From IMG/VR virus record IMGVR_UViG_3300042922_000297, positions 1 through 55,758 of that record: DNA of 55,758 nucleotides. One strand, 5' to 3'. Every line of letters starts with the position of its first letter. Position 1 is the stretch's first letter. The translations under genes were made by a program, and so were the position numbers. Below are positions 1 through 8,514 of the stretch, piece by piece. Under the pieces are notes generated by a model, which had not been told where the DNA came from, did not search any database, and saw only the letters and a program-made list of their open reading frames with translations. This DNA is from a virus. Its lineage: Duplodnaviria; Caudoviricetes.

Positions 1-127
1 GGCACATCAACGGCACCGTCCCCGGCCGCGGCGCGTGGGATTGCTTCTGCGGGATGGTCGTCAACGTGGCCGAGGACGACGTGCTGGCCCATGTGGCTGC
101 TGCTGTGGTTGACGCCCTAGGAGGACT
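1..127. repeat. Terminal direct repeat copy 1 (circular assembly overlap)
   Basis: Bases 1-127 are identical to 55632-55758. Confidence 0.97.
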
Positions 128-299
128 CACACGCGAGACCCGGTTCGAGTACACGCACCTCGGTACCGGCAAGTCGATGATCCTCGAATCCACCGATGTG
201 CAGGTCGCGCGGAAGATCGCCGGGACAACGCATGAGCTGACCGAGGTGTCGCGTTGGGTGTCGGGTTGGGTTCGGGAACCAGCCGAGGAGGGGCAATGA
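1..299 (+). CDS. 3' part of hypothetical gene spanning the circular junction (starts ATG 55559)
   Basis: Frame MSGGGAVLVVADTLRNH...WDCFCGMVVNVAEDD from 55559 continues into ORF 54..299. Confidence 0.8.
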   Translation, partial: HINGTVPGRGAWDCFCGMVVNVAEDDVLAHVAAAVVDALGGLTRETRFEYTHLGTGKSMILESTDVQVARKIAGTTHELTEVSRWVSGWVREPAEEGQ

Positions 300-484
300 C
301 CTCGCAGCGGGTTTGGTACGTGATCTGCGACCACTGCGGATACACCACCGATGACCTGACCGGAGCGGGATCGGCAGGTCAAGCGCGAAGGCAACTCAAG
401 GAACAGGGCTGGACACGCCCGCGCGCACATCCCGACACCGTCATGCGCATCGACTGGTGCCCTACATGCAGCAGGGAGGCGTGA
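296..484 (+). CDS. Small Zn-ribbon-like protein
   Basis: ATGA overlap; CDHC...CPTC. Confidence 0.75.
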   Translation: MTSQRVWYVICDHCGYTTDDLTGAGSAGQARRQLKEQGWTRPRAHPDTVMRIDWCPTCSREA

Positions 485-735
485 TGCCTGGTTACGCGGT
501 GGGTCCGCCCGCTAAGCCTGTGGGTCCGATTGTGGATGTGTATGCGGATGGGGCGTTGGAGCGTGCGTGCGGGAACTGCGGCGCTGAGGTCAACAGCTGG
601 TGTGTGCGCCTGGATGGCTCGTTTAAGCCTGTGCCGTGCTGTGCCCGCCTCAGGGGTGGTAACGCGGCAGACGAGCCGACAGGGGCTCAGCGGGGCGCTG
701 AGGGCCAGGAATCACCATCAGGAGACAACGCATGA
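484..735 (+). CDS. Phage zinc-finger protein
   Basis: CGNC..WC..PCCAR; coupled to neighbours. Confidence 0.7.
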   Translation: MPGYAVGPPAKPVGPIVDVYADGALERACGNCGAEVNSWCVRLDGSFKPVPCCARLRGGNAADEPTGAQRGAEGQESPSGDNA

Positions 736-986
736 GCCTGTATCTCGACCTCCAAGTCAACAACGACCCCATCACGTCTATCGGCATCACCCGCATCTCA
801 TCGGTCGGCACACAACCCGACTCGGTCAACACCTACCGGTGGGTGCACTACCACGACCAAGGGCAGCGGTCTGAGGGCGAACTCCAACACCGGTACGGCG
901 ACGGAGCCATAGCCCTCGCACGAGACGTACTCGCCGCCATCGCGGCTGGGGGCTCAACAGCGACGCAAGGAGAAACAACCCCATGA
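732..986 (+). CDS. Hypothetical protein
   Basis: ATGA overlap, GGAG RBS. Confidence 0.75.
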   Translation: MSLYLDLQVNNDPITSIGITRISSVGTQPDSVNTYRWVHYHDQGQRSEGELQHRYGDGAIALARDVLAAIAAGGSTATQGETTP

Positions 987-1186
987 CTGACCGACCGTTC
1001 GCAGCGCAAGCGCGACAGATGTGCCCCGAATCCGACGAACACCACGACGGGGTGTGGTTCTGCCAGACGTGCCGGGCGCTGGAGTCGCGGCTCACACCGA
1101 TCACGGAAGTCCTGAAGGACGTACTCGCTGATGCGGATCTGACGATCGCCAACCCGTTCGCCGCTGTTGAGGGGAACCACCCATGA
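983..1186 (+). CDS. Hypothetical protein
   Basis: ATGA overlap, AGGAG RBS, CxxC. Confidence 0.7.
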   Translation: MTDRPFAAQARQMCPESDEHHDGVWFCQTCRALESRLTPITEVLKDVLADADLTIANPFAAVEGNHP

Positions 1187-1569
1187 CCGCCGACCTGGAC
1201 GCCATCGCCGAAGACATCGCAATGGCCAAGCGATCCGCCGAGATAGCCCGACATGTGGCGCTCGATCACGGACCCGAACTCATCTCCGAGATCAAGGGCC
1301 TACGCGCCGAAGTCGGTCTATTGCGCGGCGGCTGCAACGTCCGACCCATGACCGAAGTCGAATCCAACCTGATGACACAGGTACTCGCCCTACGTCGCGA
1401 AAACGCCCGCCTACGCGCACAAGAGCAACGGGTGCGAGACATCTGCACCGAACCCGATCACAAAAAGTGGATGCGGGAGCTGTCACGCGGCTTCGACGGC
1501 AAACCGATATGCGCGCACACCGTTCCAGTGGACGCCGTGTTGGCCGTCCTTAACGCAGAGGAGTCTTGA
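1183..1569 (+). CDS. Hypothetical coiled-coil protein
   Basis: ATGA overlap. Confidence 0.7.
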   Translation: MTADLDAIAEDIAMAKRSAEIARHVALDHGPELISEIKGLRAEVGLLRGGCNVRPMTEVESNLMTQVLALRRENARLRAQEQRVRDICTEPDHKKWMRELSRGFDGKPICAHTVPVDAVLAVLNAEES

Positions 1570-1591
1570 TGTGCGCTGATGTGTTGGTGTT

Positions 1592-1873
1592 GTGGAGGTT
1601 GCGTCGCAGGGGGCACCGGTCAAGCTGGCGGGTACGACGATGAACGGGCCGGCAGATCGGCGTGCAGTCCGCCGAATGGTCGCTGTGACCTTGCTGATGA
1701 AAAGAGAGCACCAGATTGCGGGGTTCGCCGTGGCTAGGGACTTCGCTCGGCAAGTCGGGCTGCCTGATATGTACGTCGACAACGTTGAGGTTCAGTTCCG
1801 GCTTGATGGTGCGCCTCTGAAATGGCCTGGCCGAGTTGATGCCTTCCATCTGGTCGATAGGGAACTGGGATGA
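1592..1873 (+). CDS. Hypothetical protein (start uncertain)
   Basis: Fills gap on the coding strand. Confidence 0.45.
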   Translation: MEVASQGAPVKLAGTTMNGPADRRAVRRMVAVTLLMKREHQIAGFAVARDFARQVGLPDMYVDNVEVQFRLDGAPLKWPGRVDAFHLVDRELG

Positions 1874-2036
1874 GGTGCGTGTGTGGGCATGTGCATACCG
1901 ACGGATGCCCATGCGGCTGCTCGTACGTCGAGGTCGATCTTGGGCGGGATGACACCCTCAGCGGCCCCACCAACGCCCGATACCAGCCCTACACCGGGGT
2001 TTACCGCGGCCCGTACCAACTAGACCAGGAGACCCC

Positions 2037-2249
2037 ATGAAGCGAGCGGCGAGATACGAAACCCTGGTTTACCCATCAAACCGACACTCGGGATACGGCG
2101 TCCCCGTCACGGTCTACGCCGACAACGTCAGCGCGGCCAAGCAGAGGGCGGTTCAAATCGGTTGGGGTGGACATCCGCCCGACGCGCGGGTCGCCATCCA
2201 GTCCGTCCACGACACCGAACCCACCCCGGACCCCGGGGAGACCGCATGA
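2037..2249 (+). CDS. Hypothetical protein
   Basis: AGGAG RBS before ATG. Confidence 0.7.
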   Translation: MKRAARYETLVYPSNRHSGYGVPVTVYADNVSAAKQRAVQIGWGGHPPDARVAIQSVHDTEPTPDPGETA

Positions 2250-2536
2250 GCGGCTGGGATGTCGAAACGTGGAAAGCGGCATGGGGTGACAACCTGGCCA
2301 TGATATGCCGCGACGACGAGATCGCCATGCCCACACCACCCGAAGGCTTGAGTTGGCTGGTCGTCCGCGAAGTGACCGGCACCCACCCGACGTACTGCGT
2401 GTTCCTCATGGAAATCGGTGCCGTCGACACCCAGATCCTGCACCGAGGCCGCATCGACAAGACGCTCTACGGAGAGCGCGGAGTCCAAGGTTTAGCCGCA
2501 GACATGCTCGACCGAGTCAAGCGGGCCACCTCATGA
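2246..2536 (+). CDS. Hypothetical protein
   Basis: ATGA overlap, GGGGAG RBS. Confidence 0.7.
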   Translation: MSGWDVETWKAAWGDNLAMICRDDEIAMPTPPEGLSWLVVREVTGTHPTYCVFLMEIGAVDTQILHRGRIDKTLYGERGVQGLAADMLDRVKRATS

Positions 2537-2754
2537 CCGACCCGCGTGCCCTCATCAACCAACTCGTCGCTATCCGCCTGTCCCGCAACCTTCCCCAACG
2601 CGCCATAGCCAAACGCATGGGCATCAGCCGCCCCGCCATCAGCCGCCTCGAAAACGACCACACCCGCGACCCCAAACTCTCCACCCTGCTCCGCTACGCC
2701 GACGCGTTGGGTGTACACATCACCATCCACAACCCAGGGTCGAATAATGGCTGA
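2533..2754 (+). CDS. XRE-family helix-turn-helix protein
   Basis: QRAIAKRMGISRPAISRLEN...PKLSTLLRYADALG. Confidence 0.9.
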   Translation: MTDPRALINQLVAIRLSRNLPQRAIAKRMGISRPAISRLENDHTRDPKLSTLLRYADALGVHITIHNPGSNNG

Positions 2755-2826
2755 TATTGGGGTGTTGCGGACACCAAAAACGTTGCGCGACAAGGTAAAA
2801 TGCCGTAAATCAAAGGAGGACCACTC

Positions 2827-3711
2827 ATGACCGCAGCGCCCATCGAAGTCGACGAAGACGGCGACCTCATCGCCGCCATGAACGACCTCACCGCAGCAGT
2901 AGGCCGCATGGTCTCCCCACAAATCAGCTTCGTGGACTCACAAATCCGCCGAGCCCCAAGCCTCTACATGCAACTGTTCGACGCCGTCTCAGGGGAACAA
3001 GCACAGTCCGGGTCGGGCACAGGCTCCAAATCCCGGCCCCCGTTCTGGACTGACGCGTTCGACCTCAAAAACAAGATCGACATCCGCCTAGAGTTCGAGC
3101 AGATCGCATTCCAGGGTGTCCCGGCATCAGTCGGCAGGATGCGGGAACTGTTGCGGCGGGAGTGGCGGCCGCAAGACGTCCGCAAGATCGGCCAGCTCAC
3201 CGACGCCCTCCAAGAGTGGGCCGACGCCATCGTCAACACACTCTCCCCGCCACGCAAATGGTCCGTACCCAACCCATGCCCCAACTGCGGGAAAGCCGTC
3301 GTCTACCGCCCCGACTCCGGCGGGCAGATGAACCGCCAACCAGCACTGCAATTCACCACCGACGGATGCACCTGCGCCAACTGCAAATACGTGTGGGGTG
3401 TCGAACGATTCCAGATCCTTGCCGCGGCCTTGCGTCAAGACCAAGAGAAAGCGGTAACTGGTGTGACTGTCGGCGAACTAATCGAGAAACTCTCCAGTAT
3501 GGACCCGGAAACACTGGTGGTGACGGATGACACGTCGTGCTTCCACTACATCACCGACTACACGGTGAGGCGAGTCCAGGCTGAGGTGGTTGACCCCACC
3601 AACAGCCTCGGCCCACTGCTGCAACGCTTCCACCCCAAATCTAAAGGCGAACCCGTCGAAGTTGTTGTCCTGTCCAAATGGAACCAAGGCGAACAGGCCA
3701 TCGACCTGTGA
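2827..3711 (+). CDS. Conserved right-end protein with C4 Zn ribbon plus C-terminal extension; possible late regulator
   Basis: AAAGGAGG RBS, upstream TAAAAT; CPNC...CANC; position ahead of HNH/terminase. Confidence 0.75.
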   Translation: MTAAPIEVDEDGDLIAAMNDLTAAVGRMVSPQISFVDSQIRRAPSLYMQLFDAVSGEQAQSGSGTGSKSRPPFWTDAFDLKNKIDIRLEFEQIAFQGVPASVGRMRELLRREWRPQDVRKIGQLTDALQEWADAIVNTLSPPRKWSVPNPCPNCGKAVVYRPDSGGQMNRQPALQFTTDGCTCANCKYVWGVERFQILAAALRQDQEKAVTGVTVGELIEKLSSMDPETLVVTDDTSCFHYITDYTVRRVQAEVVDPTNSLGPLLQRFHPKSKGEPVEVVVLSKWNQGEQAIDL

Positions 3712-4004
3712 TCTGCGCCCGCTGCCACAAACTTATTGAGAGTGAGCATTTGTACCTCCAGGTGAAGCGGCGACTGAGCTTGCCAGAAGAGGGCCGCGGA
3801 ATGGACCCCATCGTGGATGTCCACCTCGACTGCCCCGCGGATATGCCACCCATCCCAGCAGACTTCCTCGACATGATCGGCTGCAGCTGCGGACACGCCG
3901 CCTCCCAACACCAGTACGCGATCGAAGGCGACGCGATCGTCCAACTGTCAGCGCACACGTTCTGCTCCCAATGCACCTGCCACGGATTCAACACAACATG
4001 CTGA
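3708..4004 (+). CDS. Cys/His-rich hypothetical protein
   Basis: GTGA overlap; CARC, CSCGH, CSQCTC. Confidence 0.6.
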   Translation: MICARCHKLIESEHLYLQVKRRLSLPEEGRGMDPIVDVHLDCPADMPPIPADFLDMIGCSCGHAASQHQYAIEGDAIVQLSAHTFCSQCTCHGFNTTC

Positions 4005-4291
4005 CACCAAGGCGCGGAAACAAGCCATGCGTATGCGGAGCGATCCACCCATGCTGCCGATACCTCGTTGACGGTGCCTGCCCCCACCGCACACCAGGTG
4101 ACCACCACCACGCGCCACAAACGAATAGCGACGTTAAGTGCTCGCACTGCCCGCACCCAAGAAGCGCCCACGACGGCGAGGGCTGCTCGGCAACGGTCAC
4201 GGTCAATGCCTGGAAATACGAATGCGTCTGCGGATTGCTGCGAGCGCGCACTGACGACAACGGAAACTACGTCGACCCTTACTCCGATTGA
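3998..4291 (+). CDS. Cys/His-rich hypothetical protein
   Basis: Multiple Cys/His motifs, overlaps upstream gene. Confidence 0.55.
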   Translation: MLTPRRGNKPCVCGAIHPCCRYLVDGACPHRTPGDHHHAPQTNSDVKCSHCPHPRSAHDGEGCSATVTVNAWKYECVCGLLRARTDDNGNYVDPYSD

Positions 4292-4432
4292 TTCGGCACA
4301 AGACACGCAGATGCTGAAACAGCCTGACTGCTTGCTATCCAGGCAAAACGTGCAACAATCAGAAGCGCGCGGCTGGAGTGTGTCTGAAACACGGATTCTC
4401 TAGCCGCATTCTTCGTATACACGGAGGCCACG

Positions 4433-4630
4433 ATGTCACCTACACCCGCGAAAAACGTCATGCTGACCCGCCTCGAAGCGCGGGTACTACGCATGTCCGA
4501 CCTGTTGAAACGCGCACGTGTGGATGGTGACCCGTTGTTCGTTGAGATGGCTGAGCGGGATTTGAACGCCCTGCTCGACCAGTTACCGCGCACCTCCAAA
4601 CAGCCCGAACAGCCCCTGGAGAACGCATGA
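4433..4630 (+). CDS. Hypothetical protein
   Basis: GGAGG RBS. Confidence 0.75.
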   Translation: MSPTPAKNVMLTRLEARVLRMSDLLKRARVDGDPLFVEMAERDLNALLDQLPRTSKQPEQPLENA

Positions 4631-4785
4631 AGGTCAACGTGACATGCCCCGCTTGCGATGAGCCGGTCGAGTGCGAAATCGCGCTCACTGTCGGTGAAGC
4701 CAAGGCCGGCGAGAACTACGTCAATGTGGACGCTGAGATCGTGTCCGGCCCGGATGAGCACTTCGCGGATCGGCACGCGGCATGA
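4627..4785 (+). CDS. Small CxxC protein (52 aa, not in ORF track)
   Basis: MKVNVTCPACDEPVEC...; ATGA overlaps at both ends. Confidence 0.65.
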   Translation: MKVNVTCPACDEPVECEIALTVGEAKAGENYVNVDAEIVSGPDEHFADRHAA

Positions 4786-5117
4786 ACGACTTCGATGCCG
4801 CTATTGACTGGCTCGTCCAGTCCGGCCGCGCCAAGTCCAAAGGCGACGCACGCCGACGTCTCATGGAAGGCGCAACGCAGGTCACTCCCGATGAATTCGG
4901 CATCTCTAAGGGCCTAGACCTGAACATGTCTACGTGGCTGGGGAATCTTGCCCGTGGTCTTGCTGGCGCATCACCGGCCATCGACGGCCTTGCTAAAGCA
5001 CGCCGAGACCAGGGCCGCGCCATCCAGTTCGTAGGCCAGAACGCAGGAATCGCCTACGACGCCACGATGGAGCAACTGAGGCCACGTCCTTGGTGGAAGC
5101 GGATCTTCGGTGCCTGA
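4782..5117 (+). CDS. Hypothetical protein
   Basis: ATGA overlap; ends RPWWKRIFGA. Confidence 0.7.
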   Translation: MNDFDAAIDWLVQSGRAKSKGDARRRLMEGATQVTPDEFGISKGLDLNMSTWLGNLARGLAGASPAIDGLAKARRDQGRAIQFVGQNAGIAYDATMEQLRPRPWWKRIFGA

Positions 5118-5204
5118 CATCCCCGAGTGGCTTGAAGGCAGCTTCCAGGCGCCCACTCTCGGTGTGAATTTCGAACTGCCCTACGCCCTCATGCTGGACG
5201 ACGA

Positions 5205-5603
5205 ATGAACCAGGCCGCAGTCACCCTCCTCGCCAACGCACTCGAATCCGGCGCCCTCGAACACCCCGGCGACGACAACACCCCACCACGCCCCATCATC
5301 CTGTCAGGCTTCCGCAACACGGGCATGGACGACCAACAAGCCAAAGACTTCAAAGGCGCAGCAGCGCAGCTGCAAGCCGAAGCCATCGTCCACCTCTTCG
5401 AACAAGCCGGCATCGACCTCACCCTCACCCGGGCTGAGGTGCAACAACTCCGCGCGCAAGCAGCCGAAGTGCCCGACGGCCGGCGCATCATCCACGTTCA
5501 CCCCGACAACGAGCAAAACCCCGCCGTTCTCCAACTCACTGTCACCAAAGACAGCGACCACGTCACCATCCCCAGCCGAGCACTGAAAGCCCTAACCACA
5601 TGA
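5205..5603 (+). CDS. Hypothetical protein
   Basis: Coupled chain of genes upstream of HNH. Confidence 0.75.
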   Translation: MNQAAVTLLANALESGALEHPGDDNTPPRPIILSGFRNTGMDDQQAKDFKGAAAQLQAEAIVHLFEQAGIDLTLTRAEVQQLRAQAAEVPDGRRIIHVHPDNEQNPAVLQLTVTKDSDHVTIPSRALKALTT

Positions 5604-5881
5604 GCCGCATCCAAATCACCGCCGACGGACAAACACTCATGGACGCCACAGTCGGCGTACGCAAAGGCGAACTACCCTCCCTCGACGAACTCAAGACCTC
5701 ACTGAGCAACGCAGCCGGCGGCACCATGAAACCCTGGACGGTCTGCGCCCTCCAAGCCCTCGCACTGTCCTTGCAGCCCATGCTCGTAGGCAACACCATG
5801 GGCGACACCACGATCACCATCACCACACGCGAGCAGGGATGGACACTGGATGTGGACAGTGCCATCCAAGGGCACCACTAA
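5600..5881 (+). CDS. Hypothetical protein
   Basis: ATGA overlap. Confidence 0.7.
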   Translation: MSRIQITADGQTLMDATVGVRKGELPSLDELKTSLSNAAGGTMKPWTVCALQALALSLQPMLVGNTMGDTTITITTREQGWTLDVDSAIQGHH

Positions 5882-6146
5882 CCAACGCGGCTACGGAAGC
5901 ACCCATCAACGCGAACGGCGCGAATGGGAACCACACGTACAAGCCGGCCGAGTCAACTGCCGACGATGCAACACACCCATCAAACCCGGACAACCCTGGG
6001 ACCTCGGACACCAACAAGACCGAACAGCACCCAGACACCCCGAACACCAAGGCCGAGAATGCCCAGCCGGCGGCAACCGATCAACCGCCCAATCACGGGC
6101 AAGGCCAGCAGAACCACACCCCGGACTCAATAACCGCAGGCCATAG
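5859..6146 (+). CDS. Packaging-associated HNH endonuclease (HK97 gp74-like position)
   Basis: RGYG..H, CRRC, WDLGH...PEH...C..NR; directly upstream of terS. Confidence 0.8.
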   Translation: MPSKGTTNQRGYGSTHQRERREWEPHVQAGRVNCRRCNTPIKPGQPWDLGHQQDRTAPRHPEHQGRECPAGGNRSTAQSRARPAEPHPGLNNRRP

Positions 6147-6169
6147 GCATAAAGGTCGAATCAAACACC

Positions 6170-6250
6170 CCGGCCACCACCCCTCCCCCCGACCCCAAAA
6201 CACTGACCCCGGCTCCCGCTTCTCGGTTGTTGTACGGGTCTGGTGATCGC
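6170..6250. other. Probable cos / physical genome end region
   Basis: Intergenic between HNH and terS; CCCTCCCCCCGA at 6181-6192; abrupt C/A-rich to G/T-rich switch. Confidence 0.6.
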
Positions 6251-6302
6251 AGTATCCCCACACGTATCTTCTGGAAGCCGTCAGGGCTGAAAGGACGCCG
6301 AC

Positions 6303-6773
6303 ATGGCTGGTAGAGGTCCGCAACCGAAGGATTCGGCGAAGCGGGTTCGACGGAATTCTGATTCTGCTGGTTTGCGTGTGTATACCGCGGAGCCGGTGGT
6401 TCAGCCGGAGTTGCCTGAGTTTGATATTCAGGTCGAGGCGGATGGTGAGTTGTTCGCTCAGCGTTTTGTGTGGCCGGAGGCTACGCGGCGTTGGTGGGCG
6501 GTGTGGGGTGATGAGCCGATGGCTCGGGATTTCACGGCGACTGACTGGGATTTCTTGTTGGATACGGCGTTGCTTCACGCGAAGGTGTGGGGTTTCGGTG
6601 ATTTGAAGTTGTTGCCTGAGTTGCGGTTGCGGGTGGCGAAGATGGGTGCCACGTCGGAGGATCGGGCTCGACTGCGTATCACGTATGCGGCGGCAGATGA
6701 GGCTGATGAGCGCCGGTCGGGGTCTGGGACTTCGTCGTCGCGATCTCGTCGGGGTCCACTAAAGGCGGTGTAG
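6303..6773 (+). CDS. terS: Terminase small subunit
   Basis: MAGRGPQPK..., ELRLRVAKMGAT.EDRARLRI; precedes terL. Confidence 0.9.
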   Translation: MAGRGPQPKDSAKRVRRNSDSAGLRVYTAEPVVQPELPEFDIQVEADGELFAQRFVWPEATRRWWAVWGDEPMARDFTATDWDFLLDTALLHAKVWGFGDLKLLPELRLRVAKMGATSEDRARLRITYAAADEADERRSGSGTSSSRSRRGPLKAV

Positions 6774-6776
6774 TCG

Positions 6777-8501
6777 GTGCCTTGGAAGCCCTCCGAAGAG
6801 GGGGAGGTTCCGACTCTCGGTTGGTACGTGCTGGACTGGATCACTGAGTATCTGGCGCGGCCGGCAGTCGGGGAGTATGAGCCGTTCGTCGCTTACCGCG
6901 AGCAGGAGGATTTCATCCTGCGCTGGTACCAGATCGACCCTTTGACAGGGCGATTCACTTACGGCCGTGGCCTACTCGGGAGGCCGCGTGGGTGGGGGAA
7001 ATCCCCGCTATTGGGTGGCCTCTGCATTGTTGAGGGCTTGGCCGATGTGTTGTTCGACGGATGGGATGCTGACGGGCAGCCGGTTGGTCGCCCGTGGAGC
7101 ACAGTGCTGACTCCGTTGGTGCATGTATCTGCGGTGTCTGAGGATCAGACGAACAACACGTGGCAGCCGATGTTGGAGATGTTGGCCGGCCCGGTGGTTG
7201 ATGCCTATCCGGGTGTCGAGCCGTTTGACACAGTGGTGAATCTGCCGCGAGGGAAGATCGAGAAGCGCACCAGTTCGGGCCGCACCGTGAAGGGCGCCCC
7301 GACTACGTTCGCGGTTCTGGATCAGACCGAGGAGTGGGTGCCGTCGAACGGCGGTCCTGCTTTGGCGCAGAAGATTCGGACGAACACTGCGAAGAATGGT
7401 GGGCGGACGATTGAGTCGCCGAACGCTTTTATTCCTGGTGAGAATTCGGTGGCTGAGAAGTCCGCGGAGACTGCTGCGGCGGCGCGTGAGGGACGCACGA
7501 AACTGGAACAGCCGATCTTGTGGGATCACCGGGAAGCTCCCGCTGAAACCGAGATGGCCGACCGCGAGTCTCTGGTTGCCGGGCTACGGGTCTCCTATGG
7601 AGATTCATCCGGGCACCCTGATGGGTGCGTTTTGCACGATCCGCCGTGCCCTCCTGGTCACGTCGATTTAGAGGCTCAGATAGCTGTCATCTGGGACCCG
7701 GCAACGGATATTCAGACGGCGCGCAGTGACTATCTGAACCAGATCACGCACGCATCGGACTCTTGGGTGTCGTCGCCTGAGTGGGGTGCGTGCTTCGCCG
7801 GCAGCCTGTTGAAGGCTGATGACTTTGTTCCATTGGCGGACAAGGATGTGATCGTCCTCGGTTTCGATGGGTCGATGGGCCGCAAGAAGGGCAAGCCGGA
7901 CGCCACCGCGTTGATTGGGTGTCGGGTTCGTGACGGTCACCTGTTTGAGATCGGTGAGCGGTCGGTGTGGGAAGCGCCGGGAAATGAGATGTCGCCGCGG
8001 GACCGATTCAAGACGGGGAATGAGTCGTCGTGGACTCCGCCGGTCGCTGAAGTTGATGCGGTAATTCGTATGGCGTTCAAGCGGTACACGGTGGTTGGGT
8101 TCTATGCGGACCCGTCTGGGTGGACTGAACACATCGCTAAGTGGGAGGCGGCTTTCGGGGCCAAGCTGAACCCGAAGGTGAAGGCGTCAGGGTCTTCCAA
8201 GATCGCGGCTTGGCCTCGCGGTAAAGACACCAACGCGGTCGAAGCAGTGAAGGCGCTACACGTCGCGATCGAGAACGGCGAGTGCAGCCATGACGGATCG
8301 TCGGCACTCACAAGGCATGTTCTGAACGCTCGGCGGCGCGCGGTCGGCAAGGGGTATCTCCTGTACAAGGCGTACCCCGAGTCGCCAGACAAGATCGACG
8401 CCGCCTACGCGGCGGTGATGGCGTGGAAAGCGCGCCTGGACGCGGTTTCGGCAGGTCTAGGACGGCGACATAAGCGACAACTCATAGGCCAAATCAGATA
8501 G
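6777..8501 (+). CDS. terL: Terminase large subunit
   Basis: Walker A RPRGWGKS, Walker B-like VLDQTE, nuclease LGFDGS and KIDAAYA. Confidence 0.97.
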   Translation: MPWKPSEEGEVPTLGWYVLDWITEYLARPAVGEYEPFVAYREQEDFILRWYQIDPLTGRFTYGRGLLGRPRGWGKSPLLGGLCIVEGLADVLFDGWDADGQPVGRPWSTVLTPLVHVSAVSEDQTNNTWQPMLEMLAGPVVDAYPGVEPFDTVVNLPRGKIEKRTSSGRTVKGAPTTFAVLDQTEEWVPSNGGPALAQKIRTNTAKNGGRTIESPNAFIPGENSVAEKSAETAAAAREGRTKLEQPILWDHREAPAETEMADRESLVAGLRVSYGDSSGHPDGCVLHDPPCPPGHVDLEAQIAVIWDPATDIQTARSDYLNQITHASDSWVSSPEWGACFAGSLLKADDFVPLADKDVIVLGFDGSMGRKKGKPDATALIGCRVRDGHLFEIGERSVWEAPGNEMSPRDRFKTGNESSWTPPVAEVDAVIRMAFKRYTVVGFYADPSGWTEHIAKWEAAFGAKLNPKVKASGSSKIAAWPRGKDTNAVEAVKALHVAIENGECSHDGSSALTRHVLNARRRAVGKGYLLYKAYPESPDKIDAAYAAVMAWKARLDAVSAGLGRRHKRQLIGQIR

Positions 8502-8514
8502 AAGGGGCCACATT

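Noticed and set aside
5110-5208. 32-aa ORF MPDIPEWLEG...
   Set aside because: Fits the gap and couples to the next gene, but has no RBS or motif; left uncalled.
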